IMG/VR virus record: IMGVR_UViG_3300044638_006750
Location: 1-64,000 of that record
Strand: one strand, 5' to 3'
Length of the DNA: 64,000 bases
Below are positions 60,260 through 64,000 of the stretch, piece after piece. Numbering within the stretch: the first letter of the stretch is position 1; every line of letters starts with the position of its first letter. A program made the position numbers and the translations under genes. A model generated the notes under the pieces. The model saw nothing but the letters and a program-made list of their open reading frames with translations. It ran no database searches and had not been told where the DNA came from.

Positions 60260-61438
60260 ATGGCTAAACGTATATTTTTCGGTTCTAGTGCCTTAGCTGT
60301 TAGGCCAACATATGTCGCTAGCTTCGACAGTAATGGTATTGAGCAGTTGGAGACTGGCGCAGGCGCTAATGACAATAAATGGTTTGTACCAAAAGGTATT
60401 CAAAGCGTTGGTTTTTCAACTAGTGCTGCATTCGAACCAATGTTCCAATTAGGCCAAACAGAAGTTTATGGTCGTATGGAAAGCCAGAGTCCTCAGGTAG
60501 AATGCACAATTAGCAAAGCTATCGATGGTACACAACCTCTTTATACCACTCTTAATGGTGGCCATGGAATAGCTAATAATAAAGCCCCTGCTGAATTAGC
60601 TTCTAATTCTGTAGAAATAGCACTAGGTATTTACGCAGAGTCTGTTCCTTATGCTAGTGGTGCTACTCAAGCCGCGGTATTTTGCAGCGGCATGTATGTT
60701 TCGAACGTTCAAATTCAGCTTCCTTTAGATGGTGTTGCTACAGAACAAGTTACTCTTGTTGGAGATACCAGAAAATGGCTAGATAGTAGTAATCCTATTG
60801 CTGATAGTCTAGGAGATAATACTAGAGATGTTATTGGTAGTGGTAGTGCCGCATCGTCATATCAAAGATGGACATTAGATAAAACCAATAGTAAGTTGCC
60901 AATTGGCGTATCCGGCTTCCCATTACAAAGTGTTAATGTTACAATGTCTATTGGTCGTGAAGTAATTCAAGAACTAGGTACCAGAGGAAAGTATTGTCGT
61001 TATGCAACCTTTCCATTTGAAGTAACTAGTGAATTTGAAGTTATTGCTGGTAAACATCGTAGCGGTACCGATGGAGTATCTGGTAATGACGTAGCACTAG
61101 TGGCTCCAGACTATGACTTTAAAAACCATGCTGGTTATGCTTGTGCTTCTGCTACTATTTATGATGTTACTCCTGGCTCAGACACTAATAGTATTGATGG
61201 TGGCGGTATTGACAAAGGTTGGAGAGATCAAGAAATCAAAGTTAAGTTATGCGGTGCTACTGCTAACGATTATCTATGGATTGATCTTGGTACAAAAAAT
61301 AGAGCTACTGCTGTAAACTATGCCGGTGGTGATACTGGTGGTGGTAACGTTACATTAACGTATAGCTTCCAGAATTATAACTATCTACAGCTAGATGGTG
61401 CTGGCAGTTATGCTACAGAGCCATATAGTTTTGCTTAA
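60260..61438 (+). CDS. Major tail (tube) protein
   Basis: GIQSVGFST...MFQLGQ.EVY; GGAG RBS; followed by a hairpin. Confidence 0.6.
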   Translation: MAKRIFFGSSALAVRPTYVASFDSNGIEQLETGAGANDNKWFVPKGIQSVGFSTSAAFEPMFQLGQTEVYGRMESQSPQVECTISKAIDGTQPLYTTLNGGHGIANNKAPAELASNSVEIALGIYAESVPYASGATQAAVFCSGMYVSNVQIQLPLDGVATEQVTLVGDTRKWLDSSNPIADSLGDNTRDVIGSGSAASSYQRWTLDKTNSKLPIGVSGFPLQSVNVTMSIGREVIQELGTRGKYCRYATFPFEVTSEFEVIAGKHRSGTDGVSGNDVALVAPDYDFKNHAGYACASATIYDVTPGSDTNSIDGGGIDKGWRDQEIKVKLCGATANDYLWIDLGTKNRATAVNYAGGDTGGGNVTLTYSFQNYNYLQLDGAGSYATEPYSFA

Positions 61439-61478
61439 TTAGTTTAGTTGACATAATCTTATAGATTTTTATCATAAT

Positions 61479-61512
61479 AAGCCAATCGGCGGGCAGTCCC
61501 GCCTTTTGGCTT
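61479..61512 (+). terminator. Hairpin/terminator after the tail tube gene
   Basis: AAGCCAA-tc-GGCGGG-cagt-CCCGCC-tt-TTGGCTT. Confidence 0.7.
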
Positions 61513-61545
61513 GTTGTGTTTCAGGAAATTAAAAAGGATATTATA

Positions 61546-63928
61546 ATGGACGAGTTATTAAATATTATCGGTCGTTTGTATGTTGATTTATATCATTCTC
61601 AAAAGCTATTAGACGTATTACAAGAACAGCTTAAAAATAAAGATAAAGAAATAGCGGACTTGAAGAAGACCAAGAATGAATAAGGCTGATCTAGAATCTA
61701 TTTTATATAGAGTAATTTCTAAAAAAAGCTTTTTTACATTTAAAAATAAAAGATATTGTTTAACTGCTGCTTCGTTTGATATAAAACAAAGAGCATTAGA
61801 AATATATTATGATACTATATCAGATGAAAAATATAATGGTTGGTTGAGAGAAAGCAATCTAATTAATTTACTTATTCATTATGGGTATTGGACTCCTTTT
61901 ACAGAAAATCTAATAAAAGATCTTAATAAACAGGTTGATAAAACTAAAATTAGTTTGTATGAGAACAGACTTAATAGTAAAATGGTTACTAGTATACGCA
62001 AACAATTAAAGCAATTATATAATCAGTTAGATAAAATACTCAGTCAAAAACAAGAATTATATCAGCATACTTTAGAAGGCTATGCTAATAGTATTCGTAA
62101 TGAATATATTTTATGTAATTGTTTACTAGATGAAAAAAATAATAAAGTATTGTCTTTTAATAGCAATTCTTCATATATTCTTTTTAATGGACTTGTTGCC
62201 GCCAGCAACGAGAAAATGATTACCGTTTCTCAACTTAGAGAGTTGGCAAGAGACAATCTATGGAAGTCCATATGGAACTGTAATAAAAGTAATCCATTTG
62301 GAGAAAAAGGAGCAATATATCTTTCGGACGATCAACGAGGTCTGATTAATTTTTCAATTATGTATGATTCGGTGTATGATCATACGGAATGCCCGGAAGA
62401 TTTTGTTATAGACGATGATGACATGTTGGACGGATGGATTTTGTATCAGAAAGAAAAAGTTAAGAGAGACAAAACAAGGGATGCTTTAAGCAAGACACAT
62501 AAGAATGCTCAGGAAGTTTTTATAATGGCTCAAAATCAAGAAGATCTAGAGAGAATATCTGATCTTAACGATGACATCTCTAAGGGGATTATTAAGTCTA
62601 GAATTAATGCCACCAAACAGAATGGAATAATTGATGAATTGGACCTACCAGATGTTAGGTCGGATATTGATCAACAGCTTGCTAGTAAAGCAGGAAATTA
62701 TAATAGGAAATAATTATGAAACATAATAAAAAAGATGAAGATTTAGATGATCTAATTTATAGTATCACTAAAAAATTTCAGACAACCATGATTGGAGCAT
62801 TAGCTAAGTTTGAAGAATCTTTTGGATACTTATGGGATAACGATACCGAAAATGGTAAAGCATACTATAAGTTATGGCAACAAACACGAAACAATATACT
62901 TAATAATGGAAATAATCAATTGAGATCGGCACTAGACGAATTGGAAGACTATGCCTATAATAAAGAAAAGGGCTATAAGTACCATTATAAATTCTATTTC
63001 AATAACAACAGACCAGAGGATAAAGGAGACCAATATGACAGGTAGAACTTTTAAGGCCACAATCGACTCTAAGGAAACAGAAATTTTTGTAAGAAGTCCG
63101 AGTCTCCAGGACCAGAGAGAAGCTCAGAAACTATATAATCAGGCTTTTACAGATGCCATTAAGTCAAAAGCTGTTGTTAGAGCAAAGATGGATGATGTAT
63201 TAACAGAACAGGGTTTATGGAATAATGAGAAGCAGGCCAGACTGTCGGAACTACAACAAACCCTACTGGAGTCTGAAAGAAGACTTGCTCAGGGTGGTAT
63301 TAGTCTTAAAGAGGCCAAAAGTATCGCTATGAACATGAAAGGTGTTCGTGATGATATCAGAGAACTAATTAGCGCCAGATCATCTCTGGATAATCATAGT
63401 GCAGAAGGTCAAGCTGATAATACTAGGTTTAATTATCTAGTATCAGCATGTGTGGTGTATAATGATACTAAAGAGCCGGTTTTTAAGAATATGGAAGATT
63501 ACCTAAATAGAGCTACTGAACAAGTAGCAGTACTTGGTGCTCAAAATTTGGCTAATATGCTATATGGTTTGGATAGTGACTATGAAAATAATTTACCAGA
63601 AAACAAATTTTTAAAGAAGTATAAGTTTGTTGATGATAAATTACGACTAATAGACAAACAAGGCAGACTCATAGACGAAGAGGGAAGACTAATAGATGAA
63701 AGCGGAAGATTTATCAATGACAAAGGAGAATTTGTTGATAAATTCGGAAATAGAGTTGATTTTGACGGCAACTATGTGGTTGAATTTAAGCCATTCCTAG
63801 ACGATGACGGAAACCCAATCGTAGAAGAGACTAACAATGCAGCAGTTTCACAACAACCACCAGAAGTCAAGTTATCAGCTCCTCCAGAAAATCTCAAGAC
63901 TGAAGAATCAGCTGGTACTCCAGCTTAG
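61546..63928 (+). CDS. Tail-assembly-region hypothetical ORFs (61546-61683, 61676-62713, 62716-63045, 63035-63928)
   Basis: Coupled ORFs after the tail tube; chaperone role is inference. Confidence 0.55.
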
Positions 63929-63963
63929 TTTTTGCTTGTATTGTTTTCTTATTACCGTAAATG

Positions 63964-64000
63964 AACCGGCTCGATTATTATCTGGGCCGGTTTTTTATTT
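63964..64000 (+). terminator. Rho-independent terminator
   Basis: AACCGGCTC...GGGCCGGTT then TTTTATTT. Confidence 0.8.

Overview
A 64-kb segment of a large tailed dsDNA phage, standard genetic code. The host is probably a Planctomycete (inference from a Planctomycete-type LEQLETRALLS N-terminal motif on an S8 protease and from planctomycete-style small secreted proteins). Three zones. (1) 1-19.7 kb, minus strand, AT-rich: many small ORFs plus an Rnl2-type RNA ligase, RtcB, endonuclease VII, methyltransferase, metallophosphoesterase, GT25, PRTase, ASCH and NUDIX. (2) 19.7-39.5 kb, minus strand, visibly more GC-rich: a putative early region cut into units by 17 copies of a fixed-geometry 78-bp element (TAAGT-N15-ACTTA, 28-bp GC-rich spacer, TAAGT-N15-ACTTA). 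The element usually abuts the stop codon of the upstream gene and precedes a sigma70 promoter that often has a nested sigma28-like TAAAG-N15/16-GCCGATAA motif. This zone holds 8 tRNAs (including rare Ser-ACU and Ile-UAU) and four tRNA-like RNAs with replaced anticodon arms. Two of these are tandem, CCA-ended, and share a covarying pseudoknotted domain. One displays a CU-rich tract complementary to the phage's own early-gene leaders. (3) 39.6-64 kb: S8 protease, GNA1-like GNAT and glmS on the minus strand, then a plus-strand late module (sigma-like factor, gmd, HNH, ERCC4 nuclease, terminase, portal, protease/scaffold, capsid, neck and tail genes) with a recurrent GGTGTA motif upstream of late genes. 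All calls were made by eye; no database searches or folding programs were run.
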